This document shows positions 1-10,222 of a DNA stretch of 64,000 bases, in pieces (the stretch's first letter is position 1; the number at the start of each line of letters is the position of its first letter). Below the pieces are notes generated by a model. That model had not been told where the DNA came from. It made no database searches and saw nothing but the letters and a program-made list of their open reading frames with translations. The position numbers were made by a program, and so were the translations under genes. The stretch is from Candidatus Aminicenantes bacterium (GTDB lineage Bacteria; Acidobacteriota; Aminicenantia; Aminicenantales; JAFGBC01): assembly GCA_963702005.1 (NCBI GenBank), contig OY969696.1, positions 3,136,001 through 3,200,000 on the forward strand, given 5' to 3'.

Positions 1-39
1 AAACAGACTCGTTGTGCAATATTGTAGAGGGCATAATTT

Positions 40-645
40 ATGAGTATGAACAGGGCCACTGCCGTATTGGCGCAGGAACTTACAGAACTGCTAAGCAAGT
101 CCACTCCTTATTCCCTTTCTAGCCCTTCTTTCACGAGTCCAACATTGCATGACTTTGTTAAAGGCCTCATCCTTTCTACAAATATCGTCGATTTCATCGA
201 AAGACACCTTCCCAATGGATTCAGGGCAGACTGGGGGCAGGTAATTGACACAAAGGATGGAAACATTCTTTCGAAAGAATGTGACATAATCATATACGAG
301 GGCAAACCTCATAAGAGAATTAAGAATAGATGCATGGACTTTGTTTTAGTAGATAAGAATAAAGCTCGCATCGTAATACAGGTTAAAAGCAGTATTTCGG
401 TCGTAAAACCGGAAGATAAAGACTATTGCAGGGAGCTAAAAAAGTTTGTGCCAGAGATATGGTTTCTGTGCGAAGCCTGCATCGCTTCAAGCGATAGACG
501 AATAGTTAAAATAAAGCGTGACCTACAGTCTATCGGCTACAACCGATTTTTTTATTTCTATAAGATTAGAGATAATCCCATAGAAAGGGACATCGCGTAT
601 AAACCCTTCCTCAAATTTATAAACCTGATAAAGAAACTTAAGTAG
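40..645 (+). CDS. Hypothetical protein, PD-(D/E)XK nuclease-like (DUF6602-like)
   Basis: 201 aa ORF with GQVID..SKECDIIIY..IQVKS motif resembling a restriction-endonuclease fold; GAGG RBS; AT-rich. Confidence 0.55.
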   Translation: MSMNRATAVLAQELTELLSKSTPYSLSSPSFTSPTLHDFVKGLILSTNIVDFIERHLPNGFRADWGQVIDTKDGNILSKECDIIIYEGKPHKRIKNRCMDFVLVDKNKARIVIQVKSSISVVKPEDKDYCRELKKFVPEIWFLCEACIASSDRRIVKIKRDLQSIGYNRFFYFYKIRDNPIERDIAYKPFLKFINLIKKLK

Positions 646-654
646 TGGTTACGT

Positions 655-1653
655 ATGCATAAATCGAAGATTAACAATTCAAATAAAAGGAAAATTAATG
701 AATGGTGGAAGTCCATAGGTGAATCATTTGTCAATATAAAAATAAAAGGCCTCAGAGTTAAATGCCCGTCCTGTAAAGAAACCGGAATAATTATCACTAG
801 ATGGATTAAAGGCCCGAAACAAAAGCCTGCTTATGTATTGCATCTAAGAAGTAAGAAATTCTGTAGAATAACCCCCATTCAGTATCATAATTTGAAGAAT
901 AATATTTCTTTATTTGAGAGTGACATAAAGAACATATTGAATAAGCGAAAGTCTTTTGTTCTATTCAGCGGAGGTAAAGACAGCTTGGCAACTTTGGCTT
1001 ATCTGAAAAGTCTCACGAACGGATCAGGAAGGCATATTGCAGCTATTTATGTTGATACGACAGCAGGTCTCCCTGAAAACACAGAATATATAAAAAAGGT
1101 CTGCAGATATCTTAAGGTAAAACTGAAAATAGTAAGGCCAAAGGTTGATTATTTCACCCTCGTAAAAAAGTGGGGAATCCCAAGTTACCGATATAGATGG
1201 TGTTGCCGGGAACTAAAAATTAAACCGATTGAGGATTTTCTAGCTACCATCAAAGAACCAAAAGTAGTTTTTGATGGCATAAGGGCCGTAGAATCTAGGA
1301 TAAGAAAAGAATATATTCCTATTTGGTATCATCCTAGCTTCAAGTGCTTGTCTGTCAGTCCGATTTTCAATTGGTCTGATCAAGATGTAATATCATATAT
1401 AAATAGCAATGGCATTCCTAAAACCATATTACATTCGCTTGGTTCTTCTACTGAATGTTGGTGTGGAGCTTACAAAACCGAGACAGACTTTAGGAATTTA
1501 TATGATTTGAATAAGGTTATGTTTAAAAAATTAGCGAGAGTTGAAAAAGAGAACAAAAACCGATATACATTTCTTTATAAAAAAGGTCAAAAAATTTCCC
1601 TTAGAATTTTAGAAAAGAAGATTCTTAACGAAAAAAGGCAAGAAGCAAACTAG
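655..1653 (+). CDS. PAPS-reductase (CysH/DndC-like PP-loop) family protein with N-terminal CxxC
   Basis: FSGGKDS PP-loop, DTT, RWCCRELKIKP, GIRAVES, SPIFNWS and ECWC motifs. Confidence 0.85.
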   Translation: MHKSKINNSNKRKINEWWKSIGESFVNIKIKGLRVKCPSCKETGIIITRWIKGPKQKPAYVLHLRSKKFCRITPIQYHNLKNNISLFESDIKNILNKRKSFVLFSGGKDSLATLAYLKSLTNGSGRHIAAIYVDTTAGLPENTEYIKKVCRYLKVKLKIVRPKVDYFTLVKKWGIPSYRYRWCCRELKIKPIEDFLATIKEPKVVFDGIRAVESRIRKEYIPIWYHPSFKCLSVSPIFNWSDQDVISYINSNGIPKTILHSLGSSTECWCGAYKTETDFRNLYDLNKVMFKKLARVEKENKNRYTFLYKKGQKISLRILEKKILNEKRQEAN

Positions 1654-1727
1654 CTTTTTCCCAAAACCAGCGGTAATCCCCTCTTTCCCGCAGATTGACT
1701 ATTCGCTTTAATCCCTATCTAAAAGAT

Positions 1728-4691
1728 CTAAACATTGACACCTTGGTTCTCATAAGAACCCCAATGATAAGCTTCCTGGTCAAGGAGATTATAAAGCGGC
1801 ATCAGATCTTCTGCTTGTATTTTCTTTCCCGAAATCACTGACAACAACTTTGTATCTAACTCTACTCTTAGCCCTTTACCCTGGGTTGCTTCCTTAAACT
1901 GGTCTTGAAGAAGAGGAAATTTATCATTCTTTATCTTGTCATAAAACTTCCCAAGCTCGTCTATATCTTTGGAGCCGATTTTTGTTATGTCAAGCGTTAA
2001 CAATTTTTCCAGTCTTCCTTTTTTCATGCCTGTCCAGGGACCTTCCGTGACTTCAAGTTCTGACATTAAAAGCAAAAGTCCCGGAGTGGAATTAAGCCAT
2101 AAAGCGAAAATTTTACATGCATCTTCCGGCGTTATCTTTTCTAAGGTCGGTTTAATTGACCACCAGACATTCGAAAGGACGGGTTTTGTACAATTGAGTG
2201 CAATCAGCGGAGTTGAATTCAAACGAACTCTTTCGGCGATAATAAGGTTGCTCGAAGCTTTTATTATGGTGTTCATATCCATGCCAGGCTTTGGGGCTAG
2301 CTTTGTGTTTGGCTGAATCTCTATCTCGTTCATTTCTTTCAGCCTCCCCCAAACGCTATAGATTAACCCACCCTTGTCTACGACCTCGAAACTATCATGG
2401 ACTTGGTGCCTGTCTGGCCCGACTTTAGCAATTGAATCAAGACTTGTTAAATGCAGATCGATTTCTTTTTTCCCCGGCAACAGCAGTTCTTCTCTCGTGC
2501 GCATCGCATAAGCAATCTTAGTAATCTCAGGATTTGCAAATGCAATTATCCTGCCAAAATTATCTACATTTTCTTTTATGATTTCACTTTCAACTGAATA
2601 CAATTTAGCAACAACCTCTCCATCATTTCTTATAGTCTGAGGCCAGGCATTTGGATCCGAGAATAAATCATATGCTTCTGTTTTTTGGGCTGCATTGAAA
2701 TTACTAATAATCTGTTTTGAAAGCACAAGAGACTCAAAAACGTTACTTGGTTTTCTGTGCAATACTACAAGTATAGTTTTTCCAGGCTCTTCTTTTTCTT
2801 CTAATTTTCTTGCAACGAAAAGGCATTCGCTTAAATCAGTATTCTCGCTGAAATTATAGCTTTTAGGTTCAGCACTAACGATAATGTATTCAAGATGATA
2901 ACCGCCTTGCTCCCACTCTTTTCTTTCCCGTTCTGATGACAGCAATGCTCTAATTTTTTCCCATGAATCTCCTGAGAGCAAGTTTCGTGGCAAGACAAAT
3001 GCTATTCTTCCTCCTTTTTTAACATATTTGTCCGCAAGCACAACAAAAACCGCCCCGAGCCCTGCTTGTCCTATACCTTCGAATCCATATTTTTTCAGCA
3101 GATCGGACAAGTTCTTCTTCATCAATTCCCGTAGCTTTGTATTCTCAACATGGCCGAACATAAGATTATCTCCGCAAGAGCGTGCAAAAGGAGGATTCAT
3201 AATAATCAGATCAAACATCTGGGGATTTAATTTAATGGATTCAATTTTACGTTCTTTTACCCCAACTCTCACTGGCCCCCTTTCATCGCCGTACATTATT
3301 TTGCTTTTTAGAACCTGAGATCCGCCAGCAAGAAAATTAATGCTGCCCAAATCACCTCTTTCTCCTATGGGAAGGACATAAATGTTGGTTTTATCAAAAA
3401 TGGTTTCTGAATTATGCAAAGCCAAAGTGACAGTGGCAATATGTGCTGCATAAAGCATAACATCAAAACCATAAATTGAATTTTCAATCAAGTTCCTATG
3501 AAGGGTTTTCGTATCAATATCCTTGTCCTTTTCCGCAGAGGCTATTATGTGTTTATCTTCTATCGCCCTATAGGTCGCCGAAAGAAGAGTCCCCGACCCG
3601 CATGCCATATCTACGACTTTCAGACATTTAATTTTATCGGGGTCGGTCCAGTCAATCTTTCCCCAAAGCGATTCTTTCGTATCAAGGCACAATCTCGCTA
3701 AAAGCCACGCCGCAGGGACGCTCGTATAATATGTAGCAAGATGCTTTGCGATTTTTTCAAAAAGTAGTTTGTGATAAATCCTCCCCATAAGGTCGTGCTT
3801 GAGCAAAGCTTTTCCAGCAGCAATGTAATATGAAGTCTTTATCACTTTTTCCATTGCTATTTCAGCGACATTAGGCAACAAATCTAGCATTAGACCGGAA
3901 AGGACAAATACTGGTTCATAGTCTATCTTCAAGGCTTCTTCAAAGCTTCTTTTAAGAGTCGATATCCAGGTCTTTTCCTTCTTTTTTGTTTTATCAAAAC
4001 CCGTAAGTCCGCTTTTGTCGGAAATTACGTTATAGAATATCGAAGCGTCTAGAAGAACCAGCATTGCCATCTTTATTGTTCTAACTCGTTCGTCCCCATT
4101 TTTTGGCTTGGTTACTTCCATTACTTCGGCAAGTCTGTCAGTTAATCTCTTGACAGCATCATCTGCACCTAATCTGTGAATAATTTCTTCAGTTGCTTCA
4201 TTAATCGTATTGTTTAGTTCGTCAACGGCCTCAGTTAAAATGTCGGCGGATACAACTTCATTAATAGCAGATCTAATGATTTTGCCAAGACTATTTACAT
4301 CAACCTCTTCCCAGCTAATTTTCTGTTCTGGCTCGGACCTTCCGGGAATCCAGATTGCCACTTCATATTTTGATTTTTTTAGAATCGGCTTAAGCTCATT
4401 CATCGGGGTAAATAGCTTATCCGTCTTTGCAAGATGATAAATAACCCCGATTGAAACGTCACAGAGGCCTTCTCTCACTCTCTTGCTACATTGATCCGCA
4501 AGCTCGTTTCTTGCAGTCTGTTTTGGAAGCTTACCTTCGAGTATTACTTTTACGCCCTCTAAAAGCATAAAAACGTCGGGTTTTCGAATATCAGTTTTAC
4601 CCTTCATAACTAGCTCGCCTGCTCCGACTAAGCCATGTTTCGTTAGTAATTCGGCGAGCATTACATTCAATGCTGGTTCGCTATATTCCAT
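1728..4691 (-). CDS. Fused restriction endonuclease / N6-adenine DNA methyltransferase (type IIG-like)
   Basis: N-terminal KPDVF..EGK nuclease motif; DMACGSGT motif I; NPPF motif IV; YYT before motif I; 987 aa. Confidence 0.85.
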   Translation of the reverse strand: MEYSEPALNVMLAELLTKHGLVGAGELVMKGKTDIRKPDVFMLLEGVKVILEGKLPKQTARNELADQCSKRVREGLCDVSIGVIYHLAKTDKLFTPMNELKPILKKSKYEVAIWIPGRSEPEQKISWEEVDVNSLGKIIRSAINEVVSADILTEAVDELNNTINEATEEIIHRLGADDAVKRLTDRLAEVMEVTKPKNGDERVRTIKMAMLVLLDASIFYNVISDKSGLTGFDKTKKKEKTWISTLKRSFEEALKIDYEPVFVLSGLMLDLLPNVAEIAMEKVIKTSYYIAAGKALLKHDLMGRIYHKLLFEKIAKHLATYYTSVPAAWLLARLCLDTKESLWGKIDWTDPDKIKCLKVVDMACGSGTLLSATYRAIEDKHIIASAEKDKDIDTKTLHRNLIENSIYGFDVMLYAAHIATVTLALHNSETIFDKTNIYVLPIGERGDLGSINFLAGGSQVLKSKIMYGDERGPVRVGVKERKIESIKLNPQMFDLIIMNPPFARSCGDNLMFGHVENTKLRELMKKNLSDLLKKYGFEGIGQAGLGAVFVVLADKYVKKGGRIAFVLPRNLLSGDSWEKIRALLSSERERKEWEQGGYHLEYIIVSAEPKSYNFSENTDLSECLFVARKLEEKEEPGKTILVVLHRKPSNVFESLVLSKQIISNFNAAQKTEAYDLFSDPNAWPQTIRNDGEVVAKLYSVESEIIKENVDNFGRIIAFANPEITKIAYAMRTREELLLPGKKEIDLHLTSLDSIAKVGPDRHQVHDSFEVVDKGGLIYSVWGRLKEMNEIEIQPNTKLAPKPGMDMNTIIKASSNLIIAERVRLNSTPLIALNCTKPVLSNVWWSIKPTLEKITPEDACKIFALWLNSTPGLLLLMSELEVTEGPWTGMKKGRLEKLLTLDITKIGSKDIDELGKFYDKIKNDKFPLLQDQFKEATQGKGLRVELDTKLLSVISGKKIQAEDLMPLYNLLDQEAYHWGSYENQGVNV

Positions 4692-5220
4692 ATTTCCCTC
4701 TTAATTATCCTTTAGATATCTTCAGCTCAGGTTTAATAAAACTTTATCAGAACGCCTTAAATCTCTCAAGCACTATGATTTTGAGAAATTCAGAGGCTTT
4801 TTGCGTCTATGTAACTGAGGCGAACATCCCGCTCACGCGGTCTTTTTCGTAACCGGGAGGCCAGGGGAAACCCGGCCTCCGCCCGCCTCACTCCCTTCAA
4901 TTGGCCAAGTCTAAGCAGAATTTCGCTCTTGTTTTGATTCTACGTGTCTTTTTTGGCAGGGCCGAAGGCTAAGACCGGCCAGAAACCTGATAAAGCGCTG
5001 CTTTTAGGCCAACTCCCGGAAAAACAAGTCCCTAGAATGCCCGCAAGGCAATTTTTTCAAAGCGGTCAAGGCAACTTGCCCTAGGGATGGGGCCCGAATC
5101 GGGCTTACAGAAGGTCCGCTGACCCGATATAGCGGACCAGAGACGCCAATTCGCAGCTATCCTTGGGGATATTCATCTTCACTGGACTCGGTAGTCGCTG
5201 GCTTTGCGAAAAAACCACTT

Positions 5221-6354
5221 TCATTCCGAATCTCCTCCATTCTCTTTCTGATGCTCTTCCCTCCATTCAGGCATATAGAGATAATACAAATCAAACGAAT
5301 GTCCAACTCCTGGTTTGCTTTGTTCCGTGGCAATTCCGACAATCGTCTTGCAGTCCAAATTCAAACCTCTCGCTATAAAACAACGCACTCCGAGCTCGGC
5401 ACGTCTATATTTCCTTTCAATGGTATGAGGCAAGGCGAGCAAGACATAAATTATGCCAGAGGGAGAACGTAACATTCGAGCCCTCACCTTGTTCTGTGAG
5501 GACAGAAGAATGAATTCACGGAACAATTTCCCAAGGATTCTTCGGCTAAATCTATCTTCTCGGGCCATGGTCCTAAGAATAATGTCTCCATCGTCTGGCG
5601 AACTGCTGAATTCAAGATTTCCCTTCAATACGTCTTTTGCAATATCTTCAATTACATCGTCCCATAAATAGCTTATCTTATCTTCTTCTATTTTCCTCTG
5701 ATATTCTGGCTTTTTCGCAAAAGAATCCCATAACCCACCTTCTATATGGACAACATCATAATTCGCCGGAAGCTTTTTCCCTGAGTGCAAGTAGAGTGCC
5801 AAGAGGTTTTCTTCTCCTGCCAAAAAAGGCGTTTCTTTGCCGGCCATATAAAACTCCTCTTTTGCTGAGAGGTAACTGATAAAATCTAATATCGTATCGA
5901 GCTCTCGAAGGATTATGCTAAAAGACATCTCATCCAGAACATGAACGAATCCTTTTCCAAGATCTCCGTATATCATGGGGACCTTATCTTTGCTACCCAA
6001 AGCGACGACCACACGATGGAATTTCCGCTCATGTTCAGCCGGAAGCCTTAATTCTCGACTCCCGTTACTTTTTATTAGATGACTGGCCTTCTTAAGCCAT
6101 CGTTCCGCTCCGTAAACCTGTTTGGCGGACTCCTCTATGGCCTTGCGATTCCAGCGCTTCCAGTCTATCTGAATATCCTCACCTTCCGTTACGTTGATTT
6201 CCTTCACGCTAAAGACAACGATATCGGGTTCACAGACTATAAGAATGTCGCAGAGTTCTTTCCCGTTTTCCCTAGGGGGATTGGCATGGCTCCATAAAGA
6301 CAGAAATGTTTCTTGGCAGATATGAAAGACAAATTCTTCCGACTTGTTCTTCAT
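5221..6354 (-). CDS. Conserved hypothetical protein, nuclease-like N-terminus; possible C-terminal frameshift
   Basis: KELCDILIV..FSVK motif; an alternative frame continues to 5157 (..SEDEYPQG). Confidence 0.6.
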   Translation of the reverse strand: MKNKSEEFVFHICQETFLSLWSHANPPRENGKELCDILIVCEPDIVVFSVKEINVTEGEDIQIDWKRWNRKAIEESAKQVYGAERWLKKASHLIKSNGSRELRLPAEHERKFHRVVVALGSKDKVPMIYGDLGKGFVHVLDEMSFSIILRELDTILDFISYLSAKEEFYMAGKETPFLAGEENLLALYLHSGKKLPANYDVVHIEGGLWDSFAKKPEYQRKIEEDKISYLWDDVIEDIAKDVLKGNLEFSSSPDDGDIILRTMAREDRFSRRILGKLFREFILLSSQNKVRARMLRSPSGIIYVLLALPHTIERKYRRAELGVRCFIARGLNLDCKTIVGIATEQSKPGVGHSFDLYYLYMPEWREEHQKENGGDSE

Positions 6355-6361
6355 TCCATCG

Positions 6362-6682
6362 TTATCTCTTTACATATTCGTTATAAATTGCTTCGAGTTC
6401 CCCGTTAAGTGCTTCCATGTTCTTCTTGATAGGCTTCAGTACCGACTCTGCGCTATTTGCTCCAATTTTCCCGCTTTTTAAATCAGTTTCTAACGAATCG
6501 AGACTTGCGCAAACGCTCTTGGCCTGACTTGACAGATGCCCTATTCTTTTGATTGCGTTTTTCATTTCATTTACCAGCTTTTCATCTTTTTTATAGAAGT
6601 GATGCGAAATGAAGAATCCTATGATCCCGCCAAGTATGACGCCTGCTACTGTCGAAGTCATTGTTATGGCTAGCGCGCTCAT
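6362..6682 (-). CDS. Small membrane-anchored coiled-coil hypothetical protein
   Basis: GGAGG RBS, N-terminal hydrophobic helix, helical remainder. Confidence 0.6.
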   Translation of the reverse strand: MSALAITMTSTVAGVILGGIIGFFISHHFYKKDEKLVNEMKNAIKRIGHLSSQAKSVCASLDSLETDLKSGKIGANSAESVLKPIKKNMEALNGELEAIYNEYVKR

Positions 6683-7120
6683 GGAACCCTCCTAAATCTT
6701 ATAGGAAATAATAGGCTCTTCTGTGATATATCGCAAGGTCTTCCTTATTGACTTCGGGCAATATTTTCGTCTACGCACACTTCATAAAGATAAAATTTTC
6801 TCAGCGGAGATTCAGGTTTCCGCCTGTCTCATCAAGAAGAACTCTTGAATTTTCAGAAATATGATACAATGCATATGGCTTTCTTGAGCCGGCTGGGGAG
6901 AGCCCCCACCTTGATGGTTCCCATCAAAACCCCCCTTTTGCTGACAACAGCCGGCATCTTGGGCATCGAGAAAGCGACATGACTTTCCAGAATTCCAGGG
7001 ACGTTCCAGGGACGAAGCCATGCCAAAACAGACCAATTTTTTCTGCTTACGCCTGTCTTGGCCTAAATTGTTCTGTCAGCGATAAGTCAATCGTATCAGA
7101 GATATAAGAGGCAAAGAGAA

Positions 7121-7186
7121 TGCCGAGGGCCGGACTCGAACCGGCATGGAGCTTACGCCCCGAGGGATTTTAAGTCCCTCGTATCT
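7121..7186 (-). tRNA. tRNA-Leu(TAA) 3' fragment (att-site remnant)
   Basis: Minus strand AGGGA-CTTAAAA-TCCCT anticodon arm, long variable arm, GCCGG-TTCGAGT-CCGGC T-arm, CCTCGGCA; 5' acceptor strand and D-arm absent. Confidence 0.85.
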
Positions 7187-7319
7187 TTCAGGACAGACCT
7201 CTCCCCGTGTAACGCCGGTGTAACAGATTGTGCTAAAACTCGCCTACTTCGGACTAATGGTGCATAAAAGGAAACAAGCCAAACCCAAGGGAAATCAGGG
7301 GAAGAAAGGAACTTAAGGC

Positions 7320-7368
7320 TGGCAGCGCTACGGGGATTCGAACCCCGGTCTGATGGCTGAGAACCACC
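7320..7368 (-). tRNA. tRNA-Glu(CTC) 3' half (att-site remnant)
   Basis: Minus strand GGTGG-TTCTCAG-CCATC..CGGGG-TTCGAAT-CCCCG..GCGCTGCCA; no 5' half. Confidence 0.8.
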
Positions 7369-7440
7369 GCTTAGGCCGTATTGGAAGCGTTTCAGCGTTC
7401 GACACGACAAAAAGTAAACGATTTGCCGGCACTCGTCGGT

Positions 7441-7469
7441 TTGACTTGGCTTCCTTCCTAAGCCATAAT
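7441..7469 (+). promoter_or_regulatory. sigma70-like promoter of the flavodoxin gene
   Basis: TTGACT-N17-CATAAT upstream of AGGAGG RBS. Confidence 0.6.
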
Positions 7470-7493
7470 CGGCAGCGTCCCAGGAGGAATCCG

Positions 7494-7970
7494 ATGCCTA
7501 AAGCCCTCGTTTCCTATTATTCAAGGACGGGAAATACCAAGAAGATGGCCGCCCGGATCGCCGAGGTGCTCGAGTCGCAAGGCCTCGAGGTGGACCTGAA
7601 AACGGTAGCGGACACAGCCCCGGCTGATCTCCTCGGCTACGACTGCATCGTCCTCGGATCCCCAACTTATTACGGCTCCATGGCCTGGGAGATGAAGAAG
7701 CTTCTCGACGAGAGCGTCAAGTTCCACGGGAAGCTCCGGGGGAAGGTCGGCGGGGCTTTCACCTCTTCGGCCAACATCGGAGGGGGCAACGAGACGACCG
7801 TCCTCGATATCCTCCAGGCGCTCCTCATTCACGGCATGGTCGTCCAGGGGGATCACAGGTTCGACCATTATGGCCCTGTCTCGGTCGGCCGGCCCGACAA
7901 GAGGTCGCTCGACTGTTGCGAAGCCCACGCCAAGAACCTGGCCGCCCTAACAAAAAAACTTTTCTCTTAA
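7494..7970 (+). CDS. Flavodoxin / WrbA-family NAD(P)H oxidoreductase
   Basis: YYSRTGNTKKMA, GSPTYYG and GGAFTSS..GGGNETT motifs; start set at ATG 7494 after AGGAGG. Confidence 0.9.
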   Translation: MPKALVSYYSRTGNTKKMAARIAEVLESQGLEVDLKTVADTAPADLLGYDCIVLGSPTYYGSMAWEMKKLLDESVKFHGKLRGKVGGAFTSSANIGGGNETTVLDILQALLIHGMVVQGDHRFDHYGPVSVGRPDKRSLDCCEAHAKNLAALTKKLFS

Positions 7971-8322
7971 ATTCTCGACGCCCCGCCTTGACGGGGGGCT
8001 GTGGGACGCCCGCGGCCTACGCGAGGGCGTTGGAGGGGGTATCCAAGCGCTTTTGCATTATACTGGACCGATTTGAGGGGGGCAGGTCAATGATCAGTCC
8101 CAAACTTACTTGACATCTCATTGCGTTGTGATGTATTCGATCATTTAGGGGAAATTCATTCTGTGTGTAAACACCCACTCGGCTGACACAGCATAAAATG
8201 GATTTCCGTTAAACTATTACGGAAAAGAAGGTGAAGCATCCCCGTTATCCCAACTCCAAGGCTTCCCCACCTCTAGAGCGGAGGGCATGGCTTTAGTTGA
8301 CATATTTGCACAGGAGGCAAAA

Positions 8323-9939
8323 ATGATCAAGAAAGCTTCGGTACTTTTCATTTTTTTGCTTTTTATCCCCTACGGCAACACAGCAAGCGGACAGGATCTT
8401 AGGCTTCCCTATAAGGGTCAAATCTGCAGTGATGACGTTGCATTTAGCATCTTTAGCTTATGCAAAGGCCCTGCGGGCTATTTTTCTATTGAAGACGCAA
8501 AGAATCTTACTAGCACCTTCAAAGCGGACACGAAGGGTCTGGGCACCGCTGCGTATTTCACCATTAAAAATGAAGCCAACAAGAGTTCGGCTATCATGGC
8601 GATAACAAACGGGTTGGGACCTGCGGCGCAATTTTTGACATCAAACGTGAATACCTTTGGAGACACGCTTTTATCCGAGACCCAAGGGCGCGGGAGTTCG
8701 GCCGGGCATTTTGTCACTTCGTCAAATAAAAATATATTTGTGACACTTCGATCAGAAACTTATGGACGGGGGCCGGCAGGCCAATTCGCGGTATTCAATC
8801 CCGATAGCGATGCGAATGCGCTCATTTCCTCAACCGCAGGAATCGGTCGGGCTGGAATATTCACCTGCTACAATAGAGATAATTGGAGCCCGGCATTTCA
8901 AGCTTGGACCTCGGGGAAAGGAGCTGCTGGCTATTTTCAGATTGAAAATCCAAATAACATATTTCCCGCTGTTTATGGAACTTCAAGTGGTTTAGGAAAT
9001 GGTGTGCTTGGCAGCAGCACCGGCTCAAGCGCTGCAGTCCGTGGCTATGCAGATGGCGAAGGGAGCTCAATTTATGGGTATAAAATAGGTAATGGTAACG
9101 CCGGGACCTTCATAAATGGAGATGTAAATAACGAGTCTCCCGCGCTCCGAGTGGAAAACCGTGGGGAGCTTGGTACAGCTGCGATTTTTGAAAACTCAGC
9201 TGCAGCCTGGACCGATAGACCTACGATAGCAGCTATTAACAGAGCTGGTGGTCCTGGTCCGGCCGTGGCAGGATTGTTCTTTGGCTGGGTTGTGGTGCGG
9301 GGAAATTTACGTGCAGATAATGCTGATTTTTGGAACCTTGATGTTTATGGCACACTCACAAAATATTCGGGGAGTTTCAAAATCGACCATCCCTTGGATC
9401 CTGAAAATAAATACCTCTACCATTCATTTGTAGAAAGCCCTGATATGAAAAACGTATACGACGGAGTTGTCGCCTTGGATAAAGCGGGCGAAGCTTGGGT
9501 GAATCTTCCTGATTATTTTGAGGCTTTGAACCGCGATTTTCGCTACCAGCTCACTCCCATTGGTGGGCCCGCCCCCGACCTTCATATTGCGGAGAAGATC
9601 TCAAACAATAAGTTCAAAATCGCCGGAGGCACGCCCGGCTTGGAGGTATCCTGGCAAGTAACGGGAATACGGCAGGATGCTTATGCCAAGGCTCATCCGA
9701 TCATTCCGGAAGTCGAAAAAGAAAAAGAGAACCGTGGCAAATATCTAACACCCGCAGAATTTGGGAAACCGGATGAGTTAGGAATACACCCTAAGAAACG
9801 CGATCAAGAATATGTCAACAAGATATTGACACAATTAGAGAAGCAAAAAGAAACTGATAAGAAAGATATTGACAATTTATCTAAGGCCTTAAAGCTCCTC
9901 AAGGAACAGGGAAAAGTTTCTGATGCAGTGCATAAATGA
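8323..9939 (+). CDS. Secreted Gly/Ala-rich repeat protein with conserved C-terminal domain (GSFKIDHPLDPENKYLYHSFVESPDM)
   Basis: Signal peptide, repeated GxG.AGxF units, AGGAGG RBS; lower GC than host genes. Confidence 0.75.
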   Translation: MIKKASVLFIFLLFIPYGNTASGQDLRLPYKGQICSDDVAFSIFSLCKGPAGYFSIEDAKNLTSTFKADTKGLGTAAYFTIKNEANKSSAIMAITNGLGPAAQFLTSNVNTFGDTLLSETQGRGSSAGHFVTSSNKNIFVTLRSETYGRGPAGQFAVFNPDSDANALISSTAGIGRAGIFTCYNRDNWSPAFQAWTSGKGAAGYFQIENPNNIFPAVYGTSSGLGNGVLGSSTGSSAAVRGYADGEGSSIYGYKIGNGNAGTFINGDVNNESPALRVENRGELGTAAIFENSAAAWTDRPTIAAINRAGGPGPAVAGLFFGWVVVRGNLRADNADFWNLDVYGTLTKYSGSFKIDHPLDPENKYLYHSFVESPDMKNVYDGVVALDKAGEAWVNLPDYFEALNRDFRYQLTPIGGPAPDLHIAEKISNNKFKIAGGTPGLEVSWQVTGIRQDAYAKAHPIIPEVEKEKENRGKYLTPAEFGKPDELGIHPKKRDQEYVNKILTQLEKQKETDKKDIDNLSKALKLLKEQGKVSDAVHK

Positions 9940-9989
9940 TTATGGAACCGGCAGAAAGGCAGAGATCCGACTGCGTGATCGTCTGGCGC

Positions 9990-10215
9990 CTCGGCCCGTA
10001 GTAGCGTAACCCGCTCAAAGACACGGGACGCCGGGGGGCTTCTCCGCCACGAACGGCAACTTCAAGTGTCCGATGATCCGGTCCCCGGCGGCATACTCGG
10101 GGATAAAGGCAGCAACCTTCATTCGGCCGCTACATTTGGGACAGGGCATCGGGTTCACCTCATAGGCCTTCCGGATCATGGCCGTCTAGCCCTTTAGGAA
10201 TACCGTTGGCAGAGA
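9990..10215 (-). pseudogene. C-terminal remnant of IS91/ISCR-family rolling-circle transposase
   Basis: Minus-strand translation KG*TAMIRKAYEVNPMPCPKCSGRMKVAAFIPEYAAGDRIIGHLKLPFVAEKPP matches the WAxMIRKVYEVDPLxCPxCGGxMKxIAFI..HL tail; W replaced by TAG. Confidence 0.7.
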
Positions 10216-10222
10216 GACCAAC

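Noticed and set aside
6695-6850. Possible further IS91 end (TTTCCTAT; QEFFLM..AET peptide)
   Set aside because: Similarity too weak to call without a search.
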